From IMG/VR virus record IMGVR_UViG_3300036785_000842, positions 1 to 56,526 of that record: a stretch of DNA of 56,526 bases. One strand, given 5' to 3'. Position 1 is the stretch's first letter. Each line of letters opens with the position of its first letter. Under the pieces are notes generated by a model, which did not search any database, was not told where the DNA came from, and worked only from the letters and a program-made list of their open reading frames with translations. This DNA is from a virus (taxonomy: Duplodnaviria > Caudoviricetes). Made by a program: the position numbers and the translations under genes. Shown here piece after piece: positions 25,674 to 35,746 of the stretch.

Positions 25674-27077
25674 CTATTGGACGGGCTGGAAACTGCCGTC
25701 GGGCATGCGGGTCGCCCGCACCCCCTTCGGGTTGCTGTAAATCGCCCCGGGGACGTAATTGCCCTTGGCATAGCTCATCGGGATCGGCACCACCTTTGAG
25801 GAATAGGTCTCGATCGGGTTCGCCTTCTCGAACGCCGCGCCCATGCCGGCGATGCTCGAATGCGAGCCCAGCCACTGGTCTTGGAACTTGGCCTTGTCGA
25901 GATCGCGCCGCGCGCCCTGCTCGATCGAATTGACGATCGCGTTAAAGCCGCCTTGCGACATCGTCACTCCCGGCGTGTAGTCCTGGGTTGCGCCGTAGAT
26001 CGATTGAGCCTCGCCCGAGCCGAGCTGGCGCACGATCTGTGCCGTCAATTGCCCCTGCTCCTTGCCGATGATCTGACCGGCAGCGACGGTGTCCTTGAGC
26101 GCCTGGGGCACCTGAAAGCCAAACTGGTTGCCGATGTCGACGAGCCGATTGGCCATGTTGAGCCGGTCCGCCGCCGAGGGTCCCATGCCGCCCATCGGGC
26201 CCTGGTTGAACACCTGCCCGGCAGCCCGCAGGTCCTGCACCTTGCCGAGGATGGTGGGCGCCGCCGTCGCCGCGGCCATGTTCCCTGCGGCTATATCGCC
26301 ATAACCCTGGCTGATTTTCGCTTGCTCGGGCGTCAACTGCGGCGGCCCGACAAGCGCACCCGACGCCGGGCCGCCACCAGGAACGGCCGGTTGTCCCTGG
26401 GGGGCCTGGCTACGCGTGATCCAATCCTGGCGGGTTCTCGTGACTGGACGGATCGACCCGTCGGGCTGCATTTCGTCGTGCGTCTCCAGTGTGTGCGGAT
26501 CCTGCGCCGTCGCTTGGGCGCCGGTCGTCGCTCCGGCTGTGCCGGAGGCGATCGCGGAACCGGTGTCCTTGACGCCGCCCGGCGTCGGCAACCAGCGCGT
26601 CTCACCGGTCTGCGGGTTGCGATAGAGATTGTCGCCCTCGCGCAGCCTCGCGGCGACCGCTTCAGCCTCCACTGAGGGCATGTTCAGCGCATTCATGCGC
26701 GCGGCATGCTGTTCGACCGCCAACGGGTCATAGACCGGGACAAACCCTGGCGGGATCGGCGGCACCACAGTCTTCCCCGGGGGCGCCGCATCGGTCGTCG
26801 CTCCCGCTGCGGCCGGTTGCGCCGCCGCCGTCGGTTTCTCGTTGAGCCATTCCTGCATCTCGGGCGAGGCCAGCGTCTCGGCGTGGCTCGGGATCGGCTG
26901 AGCGCCGTCCGGCGGCGCGTTGCCGACCGCCGCCAACGGCGCCCCCGGCGATCCGGGCGGGACCGGCAGGGCCGGCGGCGGGCGGCGCAATTCGGCGAGA
27001 TCATCGGGGTTGAGCCCGAGCCCGGCTAACAACTGGTCGCCCGGCGGCGCATCGAGACCCGAACGCAATTCGGACAT
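25674..27077 (-). CDS. internal virion / DNA ejection protein
   Basis: Position and composition. Confidence 0.65.
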   Translation of the reverse strand: MSELRSGLDAPPGDQLLAGLGLNPDDLAELRRPPPALPVPPGSPGAPLAAVGNAPPDGAQPIPSHAETLASPEMQEWLNEKPTAAAQPAAAGATTDAAPPGKTVVPPIPPGFVPVYDPLAVEQHAARMNALNMPSVEAEAVAARLREGDNLYRNPQTGETRWLPTPGGVKDTGSAIASGTAGATTGAQATAQDPHTLETHDEMQPDGSIRPVTRTRQDWITRSQAPQGQPAVPGGGPASGALVGPPQLTPEQAKISQGYGDIAAGNMAAATAAPTILGKVQDLRAAGQVFNQGPMGGMGPSAADRLNMANRLVDIGNQFGFQVPQALKDTVAAGQIIGKEQGQLTAQIVRQLGSGEAQSIYGATQDYTPGVTMSQGGFNAIVNSIEQGARRDLDKAKFQDQWLGSHSSIAGMGAAFEKANPIETYSSKVVPIPMSYAKGNYVPGAIYSNPKGVRATRMPDGSFQPVQ

Positions 27078-27078
27078 T

Positions 27079-28659
27079 CTATCCCCCCGGTCCGGCGGAC
27101 AAGGCTTCGAGCCGGCGCTGGACTAGCGCTCGGTCGGCATCGGTCAAATCGCCGCGCCCGACCATGCCGAGCACATCCTCGGGCTGCATGCGCCCGATCT
27201 CCTCGTCGCTGAGCGTGCGCGGCGAGGGTGCCGCGATCGGCGTGGCACGCGCGGTCGTCGCCGGCGGCATTGCGAGGCTGAGCTCGGGCACGTTGAGCAT
27301 CGCGACGTCGAGCGGCCCCATCGACGGCACGGCACTGCCAGCCGCCGAACCGGCCGCCGCCGGCGCCGTCGGCGCGGATCCACGCGCTGCCGCGGCCAAG
27401 GCTGCATAGCCGGCCGGTGTCGAGGCCTGCGTCCAGCGCGCCTGCTCCTCCGGGCTCGACGCAGTAAAAGCCGAGGGCGGCGCCACCGCCATCGAGGCCG
27501 GCGCCGCGGTCTGGGCCCAATTCTCGGGCAGCGGCCCCGCACCACCCGTCGGCGGCACATCGGAGACCCCGGCGCTGGCGACCTGGACCGGCCGGGCGGG
27601 TGCCGTCGGAGTGCTGCGCCCCATGAGCGGGGCTGGGGCACCGCCAGGAGCGATCGGCATTTGAAAGTCGGCGACAGGACCCATGCCTTGCGAGGGGGCG
27701 CCACCTTTGTCAAAGCCGGTGTTTTTGCCGGTATCGTTGAGACCGCCCTCCCAGGTCCCGGCCTCGCCGTGTTCGCCGAGCGACAGATGCATCAGATCGG
27801 CAGCGCCGTAATTCAGCTTACCCGTTCCCGGGTTTGTCCCGCCGTTGTGAAAATAGCCGCCCCAGGCGAACTGGTCGTTGAGCTCGGGGTAGACCACGCT
27901 TTGGACCTTTTTGGCGACTTGGGCGAATTGCTCATAGGTGCGAAAAGCCGTCGGGCTCTGATAGTTCGGGATCGCCTGCCCATCGGGCCCGTAGAGCTGC
28001 ACATCGACCGCCTCCCCGTAGGGATGCAGGCTGGTGGGGGTGGTGCTGCCGCCGATCGGCCGGTAACCCGAAATGATCTCGGCGCGCCAGCCGGGCTGCA
28101 GATAGCTCGATGTTCGGTTGACGATGTCGACGAGCTTCGGATCGACCTTGCCCATGCCGGGTGCCGCCTGCGGCGAGACGCCGATGCTGAGGCCGCCGGG
28201 GCTCGATGCCGCCGGCGCCGGATCGGCCACCGGTGCTGCGGTCATATCGCCGGCGCTCTTTAGCTGGCCGGCGACATTCTGGACATATTGCGCCACCGCG
28301 CGATCGGGGTTCTGCGCGCCAGTGGGACCGCCATTGTAGTACATCGCCGCGTAGGCGCCGGGGTTAGTGTAGCCGGCCCGTTCGGCGACCCTCATACCCT
28401 GATCGAGATAGGCGGCCGCCCCCATGATCGCGGTCGCCGGATCATTCGGGTCGGCGTTCGGACCGAGCAGCCCGCGCAGGGTCGAGGGCCGCATCTGCGC
28501 GATGCCGATCGGGCTGTCGGGGTCGCCCGGCAATGACGCCTTGGTGTCGCGTCCGAGACCCGATTCCTGGCGCAGGACCGCCCGGATCAGCCGCGGGTCG
28601 ACGTTGTAGGCCCGCGCCGCAGCGTTGATCAGCGCATCATACTGCTGGCTCGCCGCCAT
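27079..28659 (-). CDS. virion-associated peptidoglycan hydrolase: SLT lytic transglycosylase + M15-like peptidase
   Basis: AVLRQESG, GIAQMRPST, YYNGG (SLT); ISGYRP, SLHPYGEAVD, WGG, DLMH (Zn peptidase). Confidence 0.85.
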   Translation of the reverse strand: MAASQQYDALINAAARAYNVDPRLIRAVLRQESGLGRDTKASLPGDPDSPIGIAQMRPSTLRGLLGPNADPNDPATAIMGAAAYLDQGMRVAERAGYTNPGAYAAMYYNGGPTGAQNPDRAVAQYVQNVAGQLKSAGDMTAAPVADPAPAASSPGGLSIGVSPQAAPGMGKVDPKLVDIVNRTSSYLQPGWRAEIISGYRPIGGSTTPTSLHPYGEAVDVQLYGPDGQAIPNYQSPTAFRTYEQFAQVAKKVQSVVYPELNDQFAWGGYFHNGGTNPGTGKLNYGAADLMHLSLGEHGEAGTWEGGLNDTGKNTGFDKGGAPSQGMGPVADFQMPIAPGGAPAPLMGRSTPTAPARPVQVASAGVSDVPPTGGAGPLPENWAQTAAPASMAVAPPSAFTASSPEEQARWTQASTPAGYAALAAAARGSAPTAPAAAGSAAGSAVPSMGPLDVAMLNVPELSLAMPPATTARATPIAAPSPRTLSDEEIGRMQPEDVLGMVGRGDLTDADRALVQRRLEALSAGPGG

Positions 28660-29373
28660 CTAGCTGCCGGGTAGCTGCACGGCCGGCTGCCGCGCTTTCT
28701 GCCGCGCCAATATTTGGCGCAATCTGTAGAGATCCGCCGGGTTCAGGTTGTTGGCAGCGGTCGCGCGCTGCGGTCCCGGCGGCATCGCCGCCACGGCCTC
28801 CACCGGGTCAGCGGCCGCTGGCGGGGTCTCGGCCGGCGGCGTGGGGCCCGCTGCGGGCGTGATCCGCCCGGGAAACTGGAAGGGCGCGCTGGCGCTCGCC
28901 GCTGGACTGCCGGGCGCCCCACCCGCCCCGGGCAAGGTCGGTATTTGCAAGCCGCCCCGCGCCGCCTCCTCGCCGATCGCCTGGGCGCGCGGCAGCAGCG
29001 CCCTCGCGGTCGCTCCCTGCGCCATCTGCAATTTGGCCTGGGCGACCTGAGCGGGGGTCTGATTGATCATCATGTACTTGGCCCAAGCCGGCGCGTCGGG
29101 GTCGTTGGCGATCGTCGCGACGGGGTCGTCGCTGGCATAGGCCCGCAACAGGCTCGGCTGCGCCGCGGTGTGCATATCGGCGATGCGCTGCGCGGCATCG
29201 CGCGCCTGGGCCTGGTAGAACCCGCCGCTGATCTGCCCCAGGGTCTGACCCAGAGGCCCACCATAGGCGAGCCGCGCGGGGTCGCTGGCGAGCGTGCCGG
29301 CGATCGCCCCCGAGACCTCGTCGGGTGCGGCCGGCGAGCCCTGCGCCATCAGGTCGAGCAAACCAACCATCAT
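28660..29373 (-). CDS. internal virion protein
   Basis: Position in the ejection cluster; MxGLLD start. Confidence 0.6.
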   Translation of the reverse strand: MMVGLLDLMAQGSPAAPDEVSGAIAGTLASDPARLAYGGPLGQTLGQISGGFYQAQARDAAQRIADMHTAAQPSLLRAYASDDPVATIANDPDAPAWAKYMMINQTPAQVAQAKLQMAQGATARALLPRAQAIGEEAARGGLQIPTLPGAGGAPGSPAASASAPFQFPGRITPAAGPTPPAETPPAAADPVEAVAAMPPGPQRATAANNLNPADLYRLRQILARQKARQPAVQLPGS

Positions 29374-29382
29374 TCGTCTCCG

Positions 29383-30831
29383 CTACCATGTGCTAGGAGC
29401 ATCGAGAAGAGTCTGGGCCGACGGCAGAGCCATGCCGCCGGTGCCGGTTTGACCGCCAAGACCCAGCCAATTCCCCATCGAGCCGATCAACCCGCCGCTG
29501 GGGATATTCCCACCGAGGGGCTGCCCGAACAGGGCCTGCGACCCCAAATTGAGGCCGCCGAGCAGAGTGTTGGCTCGATTGTAAAAGCCCGATTGGGCGA
29601 GCTGGTTCTGCGCGGTCGCCGCATTGGTGACCGCCCCGAGATTGGTCGCCGGGACGACGTTCTGCTGCCCGCCCATGGTCGGGATGCTGGTTGGCCAGGT
29701 CGGCGCCGCGCCGACTGCCGGCAATGCCGCGCCCATCGTGCCGATCCCGGTGCCGAAAAGCCCGGTGCCCGCACCCAGCACCCCTTGCATCGCGGCCATC
29801 GGGTCCTGGAACTGGGCTTGCGCGACCTGCAGGTTGCCCTGCTGCGCCACGGCGTTCTGCGCGGCCGAACCCGTCACCGCCTGGTTGTAGAGATTGGCCA
29901 GGTTGAACCCCTGGCCGAACATCTGTTGCTGCGCCTGGTTGGCGAACTGGCCGCCGGTCACGGCCTGGCCGAACAACGCCTGCTCCTGCGCGTTGCCGGC
30001 GGCCACCGCCTGGTTCTGCGCCGACTGGTAGGCCTGTTGCTGTTGGCGGTTGAAATCGCCTTGCGCCCGGTCGTAGGCCTCGGTGCCGGGCTGCAGCCCC
30101 TGATCGGCGAGCTGCTGGGTCAGCTGCTGGCGCGCCTGAGTGAATTGCGGGTCGAGGTACTGGGTTTGGGATTTGTAGGCGGCGTCCTGGGCCTGCTTGA
30201 CGAGGGTGGACGAGTCGACGCCGACACTGGTCTGGACACCCGGCAATGCCTGTCCGCCGGCACCACCGGTGACGTCGGTCCGAAACGAGCTCGGCGTCAG
30301 CACCGGGATGTTGGGCACATTCGCGAAGTTCGCGGTCGGCTGGACATTGGCCCCGTAGCCGGCACCCTGGTTGATCAGCCCCATGCCGAGGGTACCGAGC
30401 GTGCCGCCCTGGCCGACCGCGGTCGCGCCTGCCCCGGCAACCTTGCTGGCGAGGTCGGTCTGCTGGTTGAACAATGCCTGCTGCGCCGGGTTGAGCGTCT
30501 GGTCGAGCTTGAACCCGGACGCCATCCCGGTCGCCGGGTCGATAAACGGCGTGTAGGCCGACGACCCGAACGGCGAATAGGTGCTGATATTGTTCAGCAT
30601 CGCCTGGGCTTGCGCGGTGTTGACGTTCGCGTTCTGCTGCGCCAACGCCAGCGCCCCAGGATCGACCGACGGTGGGGCGCTCGCCCCGCCCTTAGACAAC
30701 GCACTGCCCAGCGAGATGGCGGCAGGGGCAGCCGCCAGCGCGGCACCGCCCAGCGACGCCCCCGCGGCTGCGGAACCCCCCAGCGAAGCCGCGAGAGGGA
30801 GAGCCGCCGCCGCCTTCGCCACTATTGGCAC
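29383..30831 (-). CDS. internal virion / DNA transfer protein
   Basis: Gln/Ala/Gly-rich; SPFGS, LDPQF...QLADQGLQPGTEAY; follows the GNAT gene as in podoviruses. Confidence 0.7.
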   Translation of the reverse strand: MPIVAKAAAALPLAASLGGSAAAGASLGGAALAAAPAAISLGSALSKGGASAPPSVDPGALALAQQNANVNTAQAQAMLNNISTYSPFGSSAYTPFIDPATGMASGFKLDQTLNPAQQALFNQQTDLASKVAGAGATAVGQGGTLGTLGMGLINQGAGYGANVQPTANFANVPNIPVLTPSSFRTDVTGGAGGQALPGVQTSVGVDSSTLVKQAQDAAYKSQTQYLDPQFTQARQQLTQQLADQGLQPGTEAYDRAQGDFNRQQQQAYQSAQNQAVAAGNAQEQALFGQAVTGGQFANQAQQQMFGQGFNLANLYNQAVTGSAAQNAVAQQGNLQVAQAQFQDPMAAMQGVLGAGTGLFGTGIGTMGAALPAVGAAPTWPTSIPTMGGQQNVVPATNLGAVTNAATAQNQLAQSGFYNRANTLLGGLNLGSQALFGQPLGGNIPSGGLIGSMGNWLGLGGQTGTGGMALPSAQTLLDAPSTW

Positions 30832-31277
30832 TCCTCATTTTCGGTCATCCTTAATTGAGGCAACCAACGGCACTCGCCGGGCGTCATACCGAACAGCCGG
30901 GCTGAGCCGGACGGCAACGCGTCGCGCAAGACGCCCTCTTCGCGAAAGCCGAGGCGGCGCAGGAACGCGATCACGCCGAGGCTCGCGTCCTCGGTCATCG
31001 CACCCAGGCGGCGGCATTTGAGCGTGATGAACGGGTAGGCGAAGATCGCCGCGAGATTGCGCCGCGAGCACCATTCCGGGCTCGCCGAGGCGATCGAGGC
31101 CTCGATCGAGGGCCACCGGTAGTTGTTGTAGACGACCCCGGCGAGCAGCTCCTCGCCGCGCATGACGCCGATCACCGCGCACGGCCCCCAATCGGGGACG
31201 TGCGGCACCCGCTGCCGCACCCACTCGGCGACACGCTCGGGATCATCGAGACTGACGATGGTCGCTGCTGGACGCAT
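30822..31277 (-). CDS. GNAT-fold acetyltransferase (tail-associated)
   Basis: AGVVYNNY, IFAYPF, LRRLGFREEGVLR. Confidence 0.8.
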   Translation of the reverse strand: MRPAATIVSLDDPERVAEWVRQRVPHVPDWGPCAVIGVMRGEELLAGVVYNNYRWPSIEASIASASPEWCSRRNLAAIFAYPFITLKCRRLGAMTEDASLGVIAFLRRLGFREEGVLRDALPSGSARLFGMTPGECRWLPQLRMTENEECQ

Positions 31278-31409
31278 GCAGGCCTGCTCCGGTGAGGCGA
31301 AGGGACGCCAAGTCGAGATCGGGGGGTACTCGGGTGGCCTGACGAGCCCAAAGCTCACCAGCGGGCGCCGGAGACGCCTTAGCGACGACTTCTACTAGGA
31401 CGAGAACAA

Positions 31410-33023
31410 TTAGAACGCGACGCCCGGTTCGATGCGAAAGTCGGTGCGCGTCCAGATCCACGGTTCGGTGTTGTCGGCCACCGCATGCATGGCGATCGCG
31501 ATCGCCGAGCCGTCGCCCTCGGCGACGTACCACAGGACCGAGGTCGAGGTCGGGCGTTCCCAGGGCGAGCCCCAGGGGGTGGTGTTCCACGGTGTCGGGC
31601 TGCCGAACTGCTCGACCACGATCGGCGTGTCGGGCTCGGCATAGTCGAAACCGATGCCGAACTCGTAGTAGACCGCGGCGGCCGAGCGGACCACCGGCCG
31701 GACCGCCGCCACCCGCTTGTTGTGCGCGGTGCCGAACAGGTTCCAGGCCTGCAAGGCAAAGGCGTCGATCGGGCGTTCGTCGCCGACCGCGATCTCGTCG
31801 GCCGTGGCGATGCCGAACTGAGAGACCGTGCCGTTCGCGGTGCCAAAAAAGGCCTCGTCGTCCTGGACGCACCAACAATAGGCGTTGAGGCCGCGATAGC
31901 GCGTCCAGGCGTCGAGCCCGGTGGCGTAGACGTGCTGCTCGAAATTGCTGTCGTTGGCGCCGGGGTCCGAGGCGATCAGCGGCACATTGACGATCAGGCG
32001 CCGACCGCCACCCCAATAGATGATTTGCCAGCCCAACAGCGACTTGCCCTGCGCGGTCGCCGCCGTGCACGCCCCCGACGCCTTTGAGCGCGGCGGGAAG
32101 GTGCCGTCCCGCAGCGCGGCGACCAGCTGCGAGAGCTTCACGTAATCGGTCGAGCTGATCATGTAGAGGTCGCCGCCATAACGGCAGACCGCGCGCGGCA
32201 ATATCGCACCGCCAAAAGCCGGCTGCGCCACCGTGTAATAGCCTCGCAATGACCAACCGATCGCCGCGTTCTCGGAGAGCGGGATGTCGGGGCTGGTTCC
32301 GGTGTAGAGCAGCATCTCGGCGCTCGAGAGAAAAAACACCGTGTAGCTGGCGATGCCCTGGCCGCCGTCATAGGTCAGCGGGTTGACCGCGATCAGGTTG
32401 GCGCCGTCGGGAGTGACCATGTCGAACGGGAACCAGTGCAGGATGCCCCCCTGGAACGCGTAGGGGGTCGAGGTGTACCAGAAGCCGGGCGAGTGCCCGT
32501 CCCACATGAATAGGAGGTTGTGGACGACCGCGAGCCCGATGATCGTCGAGGGGTCAAAGGGCGGATAGATCGAGCTCCCAGCCGGCGGTGCCGGATCGAC
32601 GGAGATGGCGAGGGCGGCCAATGTCGTGCCGTCATAGACCTGCAGCGGATCGCGGCCATTTGCCAGAAACAGCCGGCCGTTGAAGTTGACCGTATTCCAC
32701 CACGCCGAATTGAACCCGGTGCCGAGATTGCTCGCCTGGCCCACCACCCAGATATTGCCGCCGGCGGCCGCGATCATTTGCGACTGGTCGCCCGAGCGCC
32801 ATACCGCGAGCGTCGTGACCGGATTGCCGCCGCCGTGCTGGTCAAAGATGCGGCTGCCCTCGCGCGGGATCACGCCGCCGTAATCGGGCTGAAAATTGTC
32901 GAGGGTCACCGCCTCCTGCGGGTCCATCGCCTCGAACGGGTCGCGGGTATTCCACCCTTTGACCGGCGCCGTCACCGGGATCGGTTCGGCGATCAACGGC
33001 ATCGCCTGGCGCTGTCGCTGCAT
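31410..33023 (-). CDS. tail nozzle / packaged-DNA stabilisation protein
   Basis: APVKGWNTRD...DNF start; beta-rich 537 aa; position after the adaptor. Confidence 0.75.
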   Translation of the reverse strand: MQRQRQAMPLIAEPIPVTAPVKGWNTRDPFEAMDPQEAVTLDNFQPDYGGVIPREGSRIFDQHGGGNPVTTLAVWRSGDQSQMIAAAGGNIWVVGQASNLGTGFNSAWWNTVNFNGRLFLANGRDPLQVYDGTTLAALAISVDPAPPAGSSIYPPFDPSTIIGLAVVHNLLFMWDGHSPGFWYTSTPYAFQGGILHWFPFDMVTPDGANLIAVNPLTYDGGQGIASYTVFFLSSAEMLLYTGTSPDIPLSENAAIGWSLRGYYTVAQPAFGGAILPRAVCRYGGDLYMISSTDYVKLSQLVAALRDGTFPPRSKASGACTAATAQGKSLLGWQIIYWGGGRRLIVNVPLIASDPGANDSNFEQHVYATGLDAWTRYRGLNAYCWCVQDDEAFFGTANGTVSQFGIATADEIAVGDERPIDAFALQAWNLFGTAHNKRVAAVRPVVRSAAAVYYEFGIGFDYAEPDTPIVVEQFGSPTPWNTTPWGSPWERPTSTSVLWYVAEGDGSAIAIAMHAVADNTEPWIWTRTDFRIEPGVAF

Positions 33024-33026
33024 CGC

Positions 33027-34202
33027 TCAGGTCCCCGGCGGCAATTGCGGCTCGGGTGCGGGCGGCGCCAATGGCCCGCCCGCCCCGCCGTCGGGCCAGC
33101 TCCTCGAAGTCTCCGGGGCCGGCAGCCGCGGCGGCGCGGCCGCAGCGACCGGGTAGGGGACGCCGATTTGCGATGGCCTGGCGCTCTCGCCGAGGACCGG
33201 CGCCGGCGCGGCGAGCGGCGCCGGCCGCGTTACCTGGTGCCGGCGGCGCAGCCGGCGCGGCGGCGGCCGCGGCACCTCGAGCGGCGGCGGGGCGCGGCTG
33301 AGCAAGACCCGAGCACGCTCGGCGTCACCCGGAGCCCGCAGCAGCGCCGGCCGCGGCGGCAACGGCGGCGGCCGGCCGAGATCGGGCGGCGGCTGCCAAT
33401 CCGGTCGCTCCATCGGCGCGATGACGCGGGCGACATCGACCGGCAGCGGCGCTTCCGGCGGCGGCGGGCTCGGCGGAAAGGCGCCGAGACTGTACTGGCC
33501 GATAAAATCCTCGCGGTAGAACGGCACCAGGTTGAGCGTCATCATGCCGCCCGTGCGCGCCACCGCCTTGTCGACCTCGCGATCGTATTCCTCTTTTTCC
33601 TCGTCATAAGCGAGACCCAGCCGGCGCAGCATGCGCCAGCGGGTGCCGAGCTCGATCAGGAACTCGCTGAGGATCGCGGTATCGTCGTCGCCGGTCCAGT
33701 CGGGCCCCATCGTGCCGTCGGCGTGCCGGACCGCCCAGGCCGAGCGGTACTCGAAGACGAATTGCGAGGTCTGATCGGTCGCGGCGACCTGGGGGTCGAT
33801 CGAGAACCGCGTGCCGTAGCCCGCCCCCTCGCCCGACGGCACGCGGATCCGCCAGCGCCGCCAGATCGTCGCCCGGCCATAGATCGAGCTGCGGTAGCGC
33901 TGCCATTGCTGCGGGCTGAGCGCCCCACGCATCGCCCAATAGCGCGTCCGCTCCCAGACCGTGTCGTTGACCACCGACAGAAAATCGGGCGGCAGCACAT
34001 AGTCGGACGCGCCGTCGGCGGTGAACTCGTATTCGATCACCAAGGGCGCCCAATCGGCCCGCCGGACGATCGCCCACAGTGCCCGGCGCGCCTGCGCGAC
34101 CAGACGCTTGGCCGCCGGCAATTTGGATCCGAAAATCGGCGTGACCGGCTCGTCGATCCCGAGATCCTGAGCGATGTTGGTGCAGATCGTGGCCAGGGTC
34201 AT
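33027..34202 (-). CDS. head-tail adaptor (tail tubular A-like) with Pro-rich C-terminal extension
   Basis: MTLATIC.., YVLPPDF...TVWER, FEYRS.., LG..WR.LRRLGLAY.EE. Confidence 0.75.
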   Translation of the reverse strand: MTLATICTNIAQDLGIDEPVTPIFGSKLPAAKRLVAQARRALWAIVRRADWAPLVIEYEFTADGASDYVLPPDFLSVVNDTVWERTRYWAMRGALSPQQWQRYRSSIYGRATIWRRWRIRVPSGEGAGYGTRFSIDPQVAATDQTSQFVFEYRSAWAVRHADGTMGPDWTGDDDTAILSEFLIELGTRWRMLRRLGLAYDEEKEEYDREVDKAVARTGGMMTLNLVPFYREDFIGQYSLGAFPPSPPPPEAPLPVDVARVIAPMERPDWQPPPDLGRPPPLPPRPALLRAPGDAERARVLLSRAPPPLEVPRPPPRRLRRRHQVTRPAPLAAPAPVLGESARPSQIGVPYPVAAAAPPRLPAPETSRSWPDGGAGGPLAPPAPEPQLPPGT

Positions 34203-34432
34203 GCGGCTAGCTCCCCGCTATCACTCGACGATGAGCGAGTTTCCGTGAGGGCGACATCAAGAGCTCGTCTCTCGCGAGGCCAATAAGCCGCCCGAAAACA
34301 GTCGCACACGAGGCAACTGTGGCGTGCCGACAGGTTCGTCGCGATTAAATCGTTATGCGCCCAGTGGATCCCGCCCAGGTGCCAGTTGAGCCATTCGCTG
34401 CGGAGCCGAGCGGCAAGGCGCATCCCCCTCAT
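34199..34432 (-). CDS. hypothetical protein
   Basis: Coupled between neighbours. Confidence 0.45.
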   Translation of the reverse strand: MRGMRLAARLRSEWLNWHLGGIHWAHNDLIATNLSARHSCLVCDCFRAAYWPRERRALDVALTETRSSSSDSGELAA

Positions 34433-34433
34433 T

Positions 34434-34706
34434 TCACCGCCGGGCCTGGCGCTCGTCGATCCGGCGGCTGATCTCGCTGGCGATGGCGCCCCCCGGCGCC
34501 GATCGGCCGGAGGGTGGCTTCGCCCGCCGCTTGCGCTCGGAGGGCGGTTTTGACTGCCCGGTCTGGTTCAAGGCGATGGCGACGGCCTGCTTGGGGTTGG
34601 TCACCCTCTCGCCCGACGAGCTCTTGAGACCGCCCTCCTTGAATTCGCCCATCGTCCGGGCGACCTTGCGCTCCTTGCCGGCCTTGGTCTTGGGAATTCG
34701 GGCCAT
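34434..34706 (-). CDS. DUF6496-like basic protein
   Basis: KVARTMGEFKEGGLKSSSG..VTNPKQAVAIAL. Confidence 0.8.
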   Translation of the reverse strand: MARIPKTKAGKERKVARTMGEFKEGGLKSSSGERVTNPKQAVAIALNQTGQSKPPSERKRRAKPPSGRSAPGGAIASEISRRIDERQARR

Positions 34707-34951
34707 CAGCGCGCCTCCCCTTCGGCCAGCTCCAGGGTAAAGCGCGGGCTTGCCGCATTCTCGTCGATCACGAGCGGGACGTTTTTGATCCGCCCGTAAA
34801 AGCGCCCGTCGTGCTCCAAGAGGTGGCTGCGCACGAGCTCGTATTCGCCCGCCGTCACGGCCACCCGGGCACGTCTCGAGCGCGCCCCGAGCGCGGCCTC
34901 GACGAGCTCGGCCAGAAGCCGCTCGGCCGGATCGTCAACGCAGCTCAGCAT
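34706..34951 (-). CDS. hypothetical protein
   Basis: TGATG coupling on both sides. Confidence 0.6.
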   Translation of the reverse strand: MLSCVDDPAERLLAELVEAALGARSRRARVAVTAGEYELVRSHLLEHDGRFYGRIKNVPLVIDENAASPRFTLELAEGEAR

Positions 34952-35169
34952 CAGCTTGCCGGTTCCGCCGGCGCGCCGCTGGTGAACGCCTGGTAATAAG
35001 CCGCATAGGCCGCCGGGTAGCGCTCGGCGTCCTCGGTCGTCGCCACCGACACCGCCTCGCGGCGGCCGCCATCGACCTCCCAGCTCTCCTCGGAGCTGGC
35101 GACCCCGACCAGCAGCCGCCGGGCACCGCCGGCGCCGTTGCGATCCTCAAAGAAACGGACCGTTTGCAT
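34951..35169 (-). CDS. hypothetical protein
   Basis: SD GAGGAGGAG; ATTEDAERYPAAYAAY resembles the N-terminal part of the 40867 protein. Confidence 0.65.
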   Translation of the reverse strand: MQTVRFFEDRNGAGGARRLLVGVASSEESWEVDGGRREAVSVATTEDAERYPAAYAAYYQAFTSGAPAEPAS

Positions 35170-35317
35170 GCACTCCTCCTCTCCGCTGAAAATTTCGGCG
35201 CTGGAGCCGGTTTTCCGGCCGTTCAGGCACTAAGGAAAAAACACCCGGCCCACACGACCCGCGCCGGGCGAGGCGCGCCCAGCGGGCCTCCTAGAGGCTT
35301 TTGCGGGCGATTTCCGC

Positions 35318-35644
35318 TTAAGTGATTTCGGGGGCGTTCCTGATCGCCAGCCCGAATTCGGCGATCGCCGGATCGGCGATCCCGAACCGGAACACCTCGA
35401 GGCGCTCACATAGGGTGCGCCACTGCTCCTCGGTCAGGGTGACGCAGTCGGCCTTGTCCTCGATCGCCCGGGTGACCGGCTCGAGCGCCTTCATCACGCG
35501 CAGGATCTGGTCGAGCGCCACGCCTTCTCCCGGCGCACGGCGCAGCACGTCGGACATCGTCTCGCCCCATGCGAACGTCACCGGCGCGCCGTTCGGACCC
35601 TTGGCGGTCAACACACCGGTGCGTAGTTCGATCTTGCGTGCCAT
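35318..35644 (-). CDS. hypothetical protein (fibre-chaperone-like position)
   Basis: SD GGAGAGGA; follows the fibre genes. Confidence 0.6.
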   Translation of the reverse strand: MARKIELRTGVLTAKGPNGAPVTFAWGETMSDVLRRAPGEGVALDQILRVMKALEPVTRAIEDKADCVTLTEEQWRTLCERLEVFRFGIADPAIAEFGLAIRNAPEIT

Positions 35645-35746
35645 CACAGTCCTCTCCGATGCTCGACGAAACACTATCTTCGCGCTTCCAGCTCCTGGAA
35701 TATCCAGCCGGCCGCCGGCGCCAGGCGCATTGATTTTCCCTGGGCA

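Noticed and set aside
28714-30858. 714-aa plus-strand ORF
   Set aside because: Antisense shadow of GC3-rich ejection genes; Arg-rich with no motifs.
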